This document shows positions 23,687-36,725 of a stretch of DNA of 64,000 bases, in pieces; the first letter of the stretch is position 1; each line of letters begins with the position of its first letter. Origin of the DNA: the human T2T-CHM13v2.0 reference genome, Homo sapiens; the NCBI RefSeq assembly GCF_009914755.1, contig NC_060938.1; one strand, 5' to 3'. The position numbers were made by a program, and so were the translations under genes. Under the pieces are notes generated by a model, which was given only the letters and a program-made list of their open reading frames with translations, was not told the origin of the DNA and did not search any database.

Positions 23687-25384
23687 GACTTTAATCCTCA
23701 GTGCCTAGGCATCTGGAAATCTATTCCATACAGACATTCTGGCTTGGGGCCATGTTGTCACGTCAACAGTGTTGCTTGAACAAAGAGTCTATAAAAAAGC
23801 CAGGCCTTCTCTCTCCAATATGGACCACACTAAACACATTAATTTATAAAAGAAAAATAAATGCTCTTTAGACTTCAGTACTTTATATCCTATTCATAAC
23901 AAATTGTCATGCACATCACCGACAATTGGGACATGATATTTTGTCATAAACCTCAACTAAAGATCAGAATTCTGCAAGAGTAAGGGTCTTTTCCAAGCGA
24001 ATATGGAACACAGGGACTGTGCAAGGTGGCTGCTTCTGCAGATCTCTCTTGGTATGCAGGGTTTTTTTTTTTTTTTGCCACAGTCGCTTGAAGTTTGCAA
24101 GAAGTGATCACCCACCAGTAGATAGGTCACTGTGGTTTTGAAGCCCTGATAAAGTATTGGTATTTGTTTAAAGAAAATCTTGTCTTTATAGGTCTACAAT
24201 TTTATCTTGAGCAGACGCCTATGTAAAAATCTTTTAATGGTTATTATTTTTGAGAGGATTGGTGTCTCTGGAGAAAAAGTGTTCCTGCAATAAGAAATAT
24301 CCAGATTTGCTAATCTATAACTTCTGGGTCTTTTTAAACTAAAAATGATGAAATGGCAGAGTGTCACTAAACATGGTAATTCAGAACTGATTAAAATAAA
24401 AATACACATGGTTGAAAATAAGGGCAATATTATTAGATAATACCATGATTATGGTGATATCATTGCATATGTTTATGGTTGAATACATAAATCTAATTAT
24501 TCTGACTTCATCTTTTCTTGGCGTGTAATAATTTCTGTCAATTTATGGAAAATCTGGTAACTACATAAGAGGAAAGTAATGGCTGAGAACACTGAAAGAA
24601 AGAAGCAATGTTAGGCAGCAATGCTTAGATCCTTGAAGTTAAACCCTGTAACTATTTACTTTGCACAATTATGGCAACTCCTGTGATCTCACCAGTGTAT
24701 CCCAGAGTGAGTCAGTAAGGTTCACACCAACAGTTATTGATGAACTGATTGTTAGCCCATGGCTAACAGAGGGAGAGGCTATTCAAGGCATAGCTCTAAA
24801 AATAGCAGTCCTTTACTAAGCACCTACCGTATCCAAGCTATAGTGTCTTATGTTTGGGACATTGGGGTAGAGGTATGATAGGACTTATTTCCAGTGCTCA
24901 AAGAAAACCTTTCTAGTACATTACTAGGGGAGAAATGGAGGTGTACACAAATAAACTCAAATAATAAAAAGGGAAAATTTTGCTAGAGGACAGATGTGGG
25001 AAAGGCCACCTCTCAGGCTGGAATTATCAATCCTAGTATGAATATGGACACATTCTAAAGCCCCTTTCCAAAGTCTCAGTAAAAATTAGAGTCCTGGCTA
25101 CCATTGAATTTTTATAACAGTATGAAACAATCCTACATAAAGCAATGTCCAGAGGATCTGGACATAGAAATACTGTCTCCAGCTAGGCAGCTCCTCATAG
25201 TGGGTGTATTTACTTGGTCTGGCCAACTGAGATGCAAACATTAAAGCTATTCATTTGGTTTGTTTGTCCGAGGTCTAAAAAATTATTAATTTAATTTGTT
25301 AACCCCAGGTCAAGAAATGCTATTTCACCAAACAAGAAATGGTCTCCTTAGTGGAAAAATTCATTTAAAATTAAAATATATTAA

Positions 25385-25737
25385 TAAGTCATAGCTGCAA
25401 GCTAAGGGATTGAAACTTCAGCCAATCAAAGGGGACTTTCCCCTAATTCAAAATGAGTCACAGCTGCAAGCTAAAGATTGAAACTTCAACCAGTCATATA
25501 GGGAGTTTAAGCTTTAGCTGCCGCCTGATGTTTTTAACCAATCAGGCTCGCCAACCCACAAGTGGATAGAAAATAAGCTAATCCTATAGGACAGAAAAAG
25601 GAAAAGAGGAGGAGTCATAAGGGGATATAAGCACAAGACACCCAAGCCAGAAATGGCAACCCTTGCTGGTCCCCTTCCACCACATAGAAGCTTAGTTTCA
25701 CTTTTGCTTTCACTTTAATAAATCTTGCCGCTGCACA
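25385..25737 (+). mobile_element. ERV1-class LTR fragment (U3-R), ending at the LTR poly(A) site
   Basis: CCAAT boxes, TATA-like gatataag, ggcaaccc...ggtccccttccac...gaagctt, AATAAA at 25717-25722, then GCTGCAC and an A-rich tail; no U5. Confidence 0.82.
25432..25460 (+). promoter_or_regulatory. Consensus NF-kB site (GGGACTTTCC) and AP-1 site (TGAGTCA) within the LTR
   Basis: Exact motifs at 25432-25441 and 25454-25460; function untested. Confidence 0.45.
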
Positions 25738-26661
25738 AAAATAAATAAAGAAAATATATTTAAATATATGTAAATATATAAGTATAAAAAAGATCTTAGT
25801 TGAAAATTTATTTAAAATTAAAATATACATATAAATATATGTATACATATAAATATGTAAGGATGTATATGAATACATATAAATATATGTAAGTATATAG
25901 GATATATATTTAAATTCTTTTTATATATAAAAGGAAAATTAAATGCGTATAATGTACATACAGATTTGACTTTACACAGATCTCTTTGATGTACTTTATG
26001 TTTTCAGGCATGCCACTTCACCTCTTAATCTCATTGTATTTATCACTAACATGGACTGTTATGAGGATTTATAGAATATTTTTGAAGCACCTATCACAGT
26101 GCATTGCATATAGTAAGTACCCTGTATTTGATGCTCAAAATGAAAATAGAATGTTAAGTTTGTGTTTCATCTCAAATTTAATATATATACTAATGCAGTC
26201 ACTCATCAATATTCAGTGAGTGCTTCTTATTGCTAAACACTCTTTTGGGTATTAAGGATTCAGAAATGATAAACTGACACAGTTCTTAAGGGATTTACAT
26301 AGTAGCTGGGGAAAGCATAACAGTAACAAATAAACAAGATCATGAAATAGAAAAATGCAACAATTTTATATGGCTGGGCATGACACAAATATTAAGCAAA
26401 TCAGGTATATACTAAGTTATAATTATTGTAGAAGTCTAGTATCAATAGGAAATTCTCCTTTATTAGAATACTTAAAACACTTAAAGTATTGTACATTAGG
26501 TTGATATGTCACTGGCCAAAATTTTCTTCTTCTCCTTTTACGGTTCTTGTTCTTCTTCTCTACTTGCATGTTCCAATTTCATATTACATCACATTTCTCA
26601 TGTCCTGTTGTCAGAGCTAGGAAGCTAATTATCTTGGTCTCTATTTGTTTGAAGTTTAGAT

Positions 26662-26760
26662 TGTAATCCCAACTACTCTGAAGGCTGGGGTAGGAGGATT
26701 GCTTGAGCCCAGGAGTTCAAGATCAGCCTGGAAAACATAGTAAGACTATGTTTCAAAAAA
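26662..26760 (+). mobile_element. Alu monomer fragment (FLAM/FRAM-like)
   Basis: tgtaatcccaactact...ggattgcttgagcccaggagttcaagatcagcctgg...aaaaaa. Confidence 0.8.
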
Positions 26761-27792
26761 CTGTGTAAAAAAAATTTAAAAACATAAATAAGTAAATCAA
26801 TAGATAAATTTTTGCCTATATTATATAGATTCAAATACTGGTCTCCCATCAGTCTATCTCTTTATGTCGCCAATTACTTTTGTTAAAATCTGTGTAATGT
26901 TGTACATCCTGTCTGGCAAAAGCTTTTTTTAAAACATCTTTGGAAAATATTGTAAGGGGGACTTCATACGTATCATTGTATTTACAAAGGAAAATGACAT
27001 GCATATTCTAGTTGGGTGTTAGTCAGTATTAATCAACGATAGTTCAAAAGGTTTTTATTCTCTTTGTTGTTTCAAATCTCATCCCAAACAACTTCCAAAG
27101 CCAGCTTCTATGGCTGAATTTTAAAACTATGATCTGACAAGAAAATGTTACCTGGATGGACATTTTTCTATTTAAAATCACATTTTCATGAAATGTTAAT
27201 ATGAATGCTTTTCTCTGTTACCTTGATTAATATCTAAGTTCTGGTTCCACATGTCAGAACATGACGTAAATCCATGGCACAGACATAGGAATACTTATTA
27301 ATGTACACCGATAACTTTTTTGAGATAATGTGTTGTTAAAATTGCCACCATTAAGATGTATCAGAAGGAGATGAAGTGTAGCTCAGTGAATTTTGTGGTG
27401 TTTCTCCTTTTGCAAATAATAATCACACATAAGCAGAATTTAGAAATGTGATTGTGAAGTCAGTTCTACTTGCATAGCCTCCTAGTCAATCTCCCTGCCT
27501 GCAATTTTGCTAACCACTAATAAGACCTCCATAGTAAGCCATTATCTTTCTTTTAAATAATGTATTTATTCAACAATTGCAAATATTAAAGGAAGTTTCA
27601 CATTGAAACAGATTGAAATTCTTAATACCTTTGAAGAGTAGCACTCCAAGTTAAGAAAAAGTCACAAAACTGGCTTTGTTATTAATTCACAATGATCAAT
27701 TCACAATGTGATCAATGCAGTGATCAATTCAAGTGATCTATAGTATGCAGTTTGTTTAACAGTGCAGTTATTTGGGTTCTATGTTTCTATGC

Positions 27793-28123
<331 letters not shown>

Positions 28124-28538
28124 CTATATTTCCACACTTGAAGAGTAAAATAACACATACATAAAAAAGAAAGATGTTCACTGAATTCATGGTTGATGGC
28201 TAGAACATATTACAGAAATGTTGAAATAGAGGGGGAGTGACAAGGCTAGGCAACTGAAAGAAAGCTAAATGGCCTATCAAAGACACTGGCTAAGCAGTAG
28301 ATTCATAATCTTGTTCACTCACATGCCAAGTTTCTTCCGCCCCAGAAGAATAGTTATTTATACAGGTCACCAGGTGTTGTATAAGATTTGTTGCTTGGTG
28401 AGTTGACAAAATTGGAAAATTGGTCGCAGTATGTTTCAATCACAGATTTCTTTTGCTTGTTTGATCAGCATTAATGCCAGTGAATTCTCTGTAGCCTCAA
28501 TTATTACCACGTTGCTTTCTTCATCTAAAAAAAAAAAA

Positions 28539-28783
28539 GGGAATTGAACAATGAGAACACTTGGACACAGGAAAGGCAACATCACACACCAGGGCCTGTC
28601 GTGGGGTGGGGGGAATGGGGAGGGATAGCATTAGGAGATATACCTAATGTAAATGACGAGTTAATGGGTATAGCACACCAACATGGCACATGTATACACA
28701 TGTAACAAACCTGCACATTGTGCACATGTACCCTAGAACTTAAAGTATAATAAAAAAATATATATATAAAATACTTAAAAAAA
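28539..28783 (+). mobile_element. L1PA 3'UTR fragment, heavily 5'-truncated
   Basis: gggaattgaacaatgagaacac...gcacatgtaccctagaacttaaagtataataaaaaa. Confidence 0.93.
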
Positions 28784-29403
28784 AGTCGCCTTGGAAGCCT
28801 GGAAATTATTTATTTTCCCTCCACCCTTCTCACATTTTTTAAAAAATTAATTTAGATTTTTTTGATCCTATTTCAATACTCTTTAAGCAGCTCCTCAAAA
28901 GAAGCCCAGATGACATAAAACGGACATTCAAGAATCTCTGATTTCCAGTTTCATGAAAATATTATTTTCTCAGGTATGCACAAATTCTTGCCATTTCCTG
29001 AGTTTTGCTACATTCTGTTATCTTCCTGGCTCTCCTCTTCTTGATATATCCTTCCAGATCTAGCTCCATGTTATCCTCTAGGTGAAGCACTTCATGAGAG
29101 GTCACTGGGTTTTCCGTACTCCCAGAGTTCATGTCAGTATCAGACAATGTTTGAGTCAGCTGGAGTCATTTGCTTACCAATCCATCTTCCCCACTGCATT
29201 GTGAGCTGCTAAAGCACAACAAGGTTATCTTCTGCTTTAGTTTCTCTATGCTTCGTGTAGTGCCTGGTGTTTCCCTGTCTGAAACTCTCTCCTTAACACC
29301 CTCTTTAAGAAATTCCTATCGTCTTAGAACTAGGTAAGTCTTCTTAGGTGTGTGGCTCTGGTGATCTCTCCGTATCACACACGCACATGTTCATGCACTC
29401 TCC

Positions 29404-29442
29404 TTCTCTCTCTCTCTCTCACACACACACACAAATACACAC
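29404..29442. repeat. (CT)n(CA)n microsatellite
   Basis: Direct reading of the sequence. Confidence 0.85.
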
Positions 29443-30139
29443 ATAAAGTGACAGAAAGTTGATGTACATGAAAAGGAAAATATTCAGAATCTTGGAGGGA
29501 AAATAGCCATCAGCCTTTGTTTCTGTGGACGTTAGAATAAAACTCAATCATGTATTTGTTAAAGATGTAATTCTGGGCTATAAATCAGCGAAAAGGTTTT
29601 TCAAATGTGTCTTTTCAAAACAAAGTTTCATGAGAATGTCACAATGGGCTTTGGTGTTTATAATGACTACCCCAAAGTGTTTAGTTGCTGCAAGTTTAGT
29701 GGCAACGTACTGTATCTCGCCATTAATAAACATATTACATTTGAAACTTTTGGCAGAATATGGTTCAGCAATAATAATAATTTGTACTCATAGCTCAAAA
29801 CTAATAACTCAAAGCACTTCACAATGTGCTTTTTAATTTCTGCTCATTCCCATATGCTACTTATTTCATCTTCATCCTGCAAGGTATGTGAGTATATTAC
29901 TTTCATTTAAATAATAAAAATAAATGAAATATTTAATATGAAAATAAAACTAAATAGTCTTTTATAACTGTCTAGAGTAACTGGAGAGCTGGTATTAGGG
30001 GCAGGAAATATTATAAGGAATATTTGTATTTTCTCTAAGCTCTAGGATCAAGTAAGGGTGATGGCAAAAGGGTTCTTACAGATTAAATGCTAATTTGAGT
30101 AATTGGATTTACCTGGGGTCTTATTTCTGAGAACAATTG

Positions 30140-30720
30140 AAGAGTCTTGTTTATAGAGGAGAGGGGCAGAAACAAATGCTATAGAAACTGGTCAGTTGAT
30201 CTTCCCTATGGAGTTATAAGACCTATCATTAAATCTTAGTGTTCTGTCTGGGAATCTCTGTTTGTCTTTCCTACCTCTGTACCTGGGTTCTGAATGTACC
30301 TTGAGAAAATAAACCAGGGGTTTTCACTGTGTTTACCTTGTTTGGTTTTCTTCTCAGAATCACAGTCCTGCATCAACTGTTGACTTAGATCTGAAAGACA
30401 GTTGTTTCAAATACTTTTGTCTAATTTTCTAGTTGTTTTAGAGTGGGAGGGTAAGGATCGTTCCTGCTACTCCCTGGCTATAAGTGAAAATCATCTCTTT
30501 TAATCAATATGTGTATTCAGATGTTCTTTTTTCTCATCTTAGGTCCGGAAAATGATGTTTTGTAAGAATTATTTTTCATCCAAATTGTAAAATTTATTTG
30601 TGTACCGTTTTTTCGTAATAAACCCTCATCTTCTTAATGTCTGCAGGATCTGTTTTAATTTCCCCTTTTTCAATCTTGATATTTATAATTTGTACTTTCT
30701 TTCTTTGATCAGTAGAGTTA
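30140..30720 (-). mobile_element. Old L1M remnants
   Basis: ctcagaatcacagtcctgca...acagttgtttcaaatacttttgtctaattttctagttgtt resembles antisense L1ME/MC. Confidence 0.45.
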
Positions 30721-32139
30721 GAGCTCAATCAATTTTGGTTCTGTTATTTCAATGCATTGTATTTTCTTTTGTTTTTCAGAAATCTATGCTGTAGCTAAAC
30801 TCAAAGTCAGCAATGAGGGGAGGGAGAAGAGGAACCTGAGCCAATGTTTTTGAAATGCTAATTCAGTCCCTCACACTAAGTTGCCTCTTATTCTTATGTC
30901 CTCCTTCCAGAAAATTGTTCATCACCTCCATTGACTCATATAAGTGTATCTCTTGACTACAGGATGGGCACTGCTCCATTTTTTCATTTTTGTCACTGAC
31001 ATTTTGGGATTACAGAGGAAGAGTACACATAAACTTGGTAGAGGTGAGAACTGAGTGAAGGCTGAGTATTGTATGCTGTTGTTCAAATCCTTCCATGAAG
31101 GAAAGCTTTCTTGGGAATAAGCACCACTCTCCGATCAACTTTGGGCTCTCTTCATTCCTGTCTACTTCCCACTCTTCAATCCCAAATTTCCAGTCACATT
31201 CTGATGCAAGACCATCTAGTTCTCTTTTTGCCTTGTCCTTTACAGGCTGTGACTACAAGACCAGAACTTTCTCAACCAAAACATTCCATCAAGCCTCATT
31301 AAGAATTTTCTCAGAATGAGGACAATCTGCCTCAGAAATATGTACTACAATTACAGAGTCAAATTTTTTTTTCCAAAATAGTATTTTGTATTTTATTCTA
31401 TACGGGTGAGCACTTACTCTCTTATGCTTAAAATTGTTCAATATCTTATTCTCACACACATAGATGCACACATAAATAGAACCATACACACACAATACAT
31501 GCAATCAATTTATAGAGTATGCATCACTATATTGACATACATATACCTATGTTAATATTTGTCAATGTAATTAATTTGGAAGGGTGTAAATATAATTTTA
31601 ACAGGAATTTCTTTAGCAGAATGGAAGTGTGGGACATGATGAGGGGAAATATACATATAATTTTTTTCTTTAATTATTTTTTACTGACTTTATAATACCT
31701 TTTTATGTAAAACAAAGATATTTAAAATTTCGTGCTTGTCTGGTGTTCCATTTTATTTTAGATAGCTTCCAAGTTGAAAAACATACTAAGATACGTGAAA
31801 GATAATGGAAATTTTGTTTAAAGCACCATCCCACAATAAATATTTCAGTTTCTTAGAGACCAGCCATGAATTTTTGCCCAGTAATAAGCCTATAATATTG
31901 GAATTTTAGGAAACATGGCAAAATATTTTAGAGTGGGAGATTATTATGTGGTATCCCACGAGTCATATATGCGCATACCTAAAAGTGAGATACATCGTTG
32001 AGCTATGTTACTCTTCCTTCCAGGAAGTTTATTGGAATCCTGCCGTGTAATACAGATTTCAGCAAAGCTTCTCTAGGTGAAGAGTCTGAAGCCCTATGGA
32101 CCATGAGGCTCTCATATTATAATATTGAGAAGGATGGAA

Positions 32140-32360
32140 AAAGAGCCTGAGCTTTGAATTCAGAAAATGCTGGGTTCGACTTGCAGCTTACCACTTCCTG
32201 ATAATGTAACCTTCCATATTCTGTTATGTTACTCTAAGCATCCTCCATCCTCATCTGTGAAGGTGGATGACCACCTTCTCAGACGGTGTAGAGAGTGCAT
32301 CAGGTGAGGTGAAATACAGAGCACTCAGCCCTGTGCTCTGCGGAGGTGCCCTAAATGGGA
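32140..32360 (+). mobile_element. MIR
   Basis: ctgggttcgacttgcagcttaccacttcct...catcctcatctgtgaagg. Confidence 0.55.
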
Positions 32361-34109
32361 CCCTCTCCATGCCTTCCCTTTACTTCTGATCACCTGCCTG
32401 GAGTTATATTCCTAACTTTCCTAACTTTCTATTTCTAGGGATCACTACCATTACTTAGTCCTTTCCACAGGAGGGCCCAAGAAAGCTAATGGATTTTGTC
32501 ATCTAAAAGGATTTGCAGGGAAAGCGAAAATCCTTGAGGCACCTGGAAGTAGACAGATGATTTTCCTACCTTCATTTCGTCTTCTCCCAAACTTTTGTCT
32601 ATGTCTTTCCAGAAGGAATAATTTTCAAATTATGATTCTTCTTCATCTATTGTGGTTGCCCATTTGGCATTGTAGCTTTCTCATTTTATTCTTCTCTGTT
32701 CTTTCATACAAGCAGGATGGGATGGGCGTGGTCTCTTATTATTTTTTGCTTCATTGAAATTATAATCACTTAATTGTATTCTCTTTCCTACTGATATGTA
32801 TAATTTTTGTTTCTTTTTTCTATCATGAGAGAACATACTGATAGTTTAGGTTGCTATTTACTCTAGTCCTGAGGTTCTTTTCCATACCTGTTTTGATACT
32901 TGTCTGCAGAAGGCATAGTTTATTTTGCCATTTTCTTAGAAGAATACACAGCCCTTGAATCCACTGGGCTCTCAGTCTATCTCAGGAGACCATGTCTGCA
33001 AATGGTCCTATTTGTTTGTGGAAAGTTCAGAAATTATCTATCTTTTTTCTCCTCAAGATAAATATAAGCTAGTATAAATTCATTTTAATCTGATCAGTTA
33101 TTGGGTTGACAGTCTACATTTGGATATCTGTATTTAGCAATCAAATTGCCTGAATCTTAATAAGCTTGGTCAAATTTATGGATTAAGGCCACAAGTAAAT
33201 AATTATTATATAAGCAATTTCATGTGTTACCATAGTAATGGAAATGAAAGAAGCTTGCTTATGTTTAGCATGGAAGCTTAAAATAAAATACAGTCTTTAA
33301 AGTGTCTATGCTTAGGAAATGGCCAATAACATCTCATTTTCTCTCCAGAGTCTTTAGATTCAAATTATCACGACATTATTTGTATTGAGCAGCTTTTTCT
33401 ACGTTCCAAATAACTTGAATATTAGGAAACAAAAATCTATCAATAATAATAAAAAATCTTCACATATCATGCATCTTTCAGTGTATCCTATCCTATGCTG
33501 AAAACTAGGAAAGAGGAGTGTAAGACATGTTGCCTAAGATCGCGAAGATGGTTGCCTAACTGGTGAGACATCTATCTATAGAATTATATGGATTTACACA
33601 TATGCTTACAAAACAAAACTCCACATTTCATAGAATGGAACTCTAATTAGTGTGATGTAAATAAGTGAGCTGCAAAGAAAGGAGGATTTAAGTATTATAG
33701 AATAGTTTAGAAATTCTTAGATGAAAATGTCAGGAGTTTAGCTAAAGCATTGTGGGAATTTAATTAATTGAAGACACATTGTAAAGACTCAGTTATGGTC
33801 TGTACATGTACCTAGGTGACTTAAGAGATGCAAAGATGAATAAAACAGGATTTGTGTGTTTTGGAAACTTCATAATTTTGTGGCATGTGTAGATGCATAG
33901 CTAAGCCTAGAAGAGATAATGTGATGGGCACCACAATAGCAAGTGAACTAGGAGGCTAGTGAAGTAAAATATTTAATTCCCATAAGAAGATTTTTAAAAT
34001 TTGTTGGGGAACATGTAGTTGAGCTAGCTCTTGAGGCATGGGTAGAAATTCTACGGGAAGAATTGATGAAAATGCCCTGGAGGGTAATATGGAGGAGAAT
34101 CTGCCTGTA

Positions 34110-34600
34110 TTTATTGTACACATAATCATAATTAATAATAGAAACTCTATTCCATGCCTTTTGCCCTTATACTGTGTAATCCTTTTCCACTCTGATTCTG
34201 GCCTCAGCAAATTACTTTCTTATGCCCATGAGGTGTTAGTGAATGGAGTATTAGCAATGTAAAGCAGTCAGCAACTCAAGAGGTCAATCTCCGCGGCAAT
34301 CTTCAACAGTTGTGCTTGCTCTCTGTTCCCTAGGATAGCCTGAAAGAGGATAAAAATCGTTTGGGAGACAGATGAGTCACCCCTGCCAAGGCCATCTTAG
34401 GACCATTAAGAGACAGATGATTCCCTAGATATGTATGTGAGTGCAGCTATGGCCAGAGATCAGAAGAACTGCACATTTAAGTTCAGCACAAATCACTAAA
34501 CTTGCAGATTAGACATCAATTGTACTTGGTTGTTATTTTAAGCCACAAAATTTTGGAAATCATCTGTTATGCAACATCATTATTGCAGTAGTCACTGATA
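34110..34600 (+). mobile_element. MLT1 (G/H-like) MaLR LTR
   Basis: ccactctgattctggcctcagc...ttgttattttaagccacaaaattttgg...tgttatgcaac. Confidence 0.6.
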
Positions 34601-34943
34601 GAGTAGAAGGATGGTTACCAGAGGCTGGTAAGGGTAGGTGGGGGGTTGGATGAGGTGAGGATGGTTAATGGATACAAAAAATTAGAAAGAATGAATAAGA
34701 CCTGCTATTTGATACCACAACATAGTGGCTCTAGTCAAAAATAAGTTAATTGTACATTTTAAAATAACTAGAAGAGTATAATTGGATTGTTTATAACACA
34801 AGGAATAAGTGCTCGAGGGGATAGATACCCCATTCTCCATGATGTGATTACCATGCATTACATGCCTGTATAAAAACATCTCATGTACCCCACAAATATG
34901 TAAACCTACTATATACCCACTAAAATTAAAAATTAAAAAAAAT
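34600..34943 (+). mobile_element. L1MA2/3-like 3' end inserted at the MLT1 terminus
   Basis: gagtagaaggatggttaccagaggctgg...cccactaaaattaaaaattaaaaaa; TCACTGATA repeated on both sides. Confidence 0.88.
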
Positions 34944-35199
34944 TACAAATCACTGATACAGATATTCTTCCAGGTAAAATGAGATGAGAAATGTGTTTGT
35001 GGTCTGTCTGAAGACATTCAAAATGAAATTTAAATAATAGCTATTGACTAATTTAGGTGGATTCTATGTTAGGTACTTTTTTCAGTTGCTTAAATGCCAT
35101 CATAATTCCTATTTTGTTCACACGGAAACTGAGGCACAGACACCACCCCATTTGTTAAATATGTCCCTGAGTTCATATAGCTGCTACGTGGTAGTTATA

Positions 35200-36100
35200 G
35201 GTGAGAACACTGCAAGAAAATACAGCTTGTACAGTATGAAATCTGAACATAGATCTATGACTCACATTAAATTTGAGAGTCGGCGATGTTGTCCAGATCA
35301 CAGGTTTAATCTAGCAGTGTAAGAAAGGTCAAGACTATATATGAAATTGGTAAAGAGTAATATAAAAGAAGGTCAAAGAAAAGGCATAGTACGCATCAGA
35401 AATTGAGGGGCAGACAGAAGTGAAGTAAATGATAATGGAAAAAATATGTTCGGAGAGGAGAGAAGGAATCTAGAAAAGAGTGATGAAGGAGGAAAGAATT
35501 GGAAAAGCAAGAACTCAGCAATAGTGTTTCCTATTCCAGAGAAGCTAGAATAACTTACTGGCAGGTTAGCTTCTATTCATTTCCACAGTTCCTACAGAGT
35601 ACTGGAGGCCAAGCTGCAGTGGATTCAGAAGAGGATGGGAATTCAAAAAGTTAAAGGAACAGTTGTGGCCTCATTTTTCCTACCTCAGAAGGAAAAGTAA
35701 AACTAGAAAGAAGAGTAAAGCTCTTATTACTAAGAAGAAATAGGAGGAAAGGAATTATAGAAAAAATCTGAAAGAACAATAGTTAATGGGATTAGATCAG
35801 TTCAAAGATGAGGAGGGATGTGATCAAGAACTAAAATGGAGTAAGTGAGTAACAACTTCTTCCACTGAGAAAAGTGACAGTTGGAGAGAATAGACATATG
35901 TGTCATTAAATATGTATATCAGTAGTTTGGAATGTAAAGGTTTTCATGAGTGGTGCCTAGATTTTTCTCAGTGAAGCAGAAGATTAGTTTCTCTGCTGAA
36001 AATGAAAGCCATAGAGGGTAGCTAAAGTGACTTAGGAAGGTGGATACGATAAAGGAGTTTACATATGTTAAGGAAAATAATTGATCAGTGATATTAAATT
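35200..36100 (-). mobile_element. Degraded L2 remnant
   Basis: Purine-rich antisense L2-like phrases (atttttctcagtgaagcagaagattag). Confidence 0.4.
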
Positions 36101-36339
36101 CCCAATTGAGTTCAGATACTATTAATTAAGTGCACAATTATGTAGTTCCCAGACATCAGATGCCGAAATAAAGGATTTAGGAGTGGTTGAGAAAGAATAT
36201 GGAAGGGGAAAGGAATGACACAGTGGAAGTTGCAAATGAGAGCAGCAAAGTAGTCTATCTTGGGTCCAGACTCAGTGAGGAAAGGACCTGAAGATAGGGA
36301 GAAATCAATAAGAAACATACACCCCTAACCGCTACCACT

Positions 36340-36725
36340 AGGCTCAGGCCACATCAGATATATCTGTGTTCCTTGAAAACAACAAGTATGTTCTCATTTG
36401 AGGTCTTTGTTCCATTCATTTCCTCTGCATGGAACAGCCTTCCCAATATCTTTACTTGCTGATTCTTTCTCACTATTCAGATTTTAGCTTAAATGTCACC
36501 TGCTCATGAAACTACCTCTGTGCACCTTATCTCAGTTGCCACCCCTACAAGCCCAAGGTCATCTCTCTTGCATTATTTTCCCAGCTACCTGTGTCTATCA
36601 CCTGTCCTACTTACTAAAATAAAACCTATGTCAGGGCATTAACTTGGTGTCATTCACCACCACCTTCTTACTCTTAACCTGGTGTCTGGCACCTTGGAAA
36701 GATTCAGAGAATACTTGCTGTTGGA
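36340..36725 (+). mobile_element. L2 3' portion
   Basis: ttcctctgcatggaacagccttccc...ttaaatgtcacctgctca...gtctggcacc. Confidence 0.65.

Noticed and set aside
32405-32560. Strong plus-strand acceptor (CTAAC...TTTCTAG at about 32438)
   Set aside because: There is no convincing downstream donor, and isolated acceptors are common.
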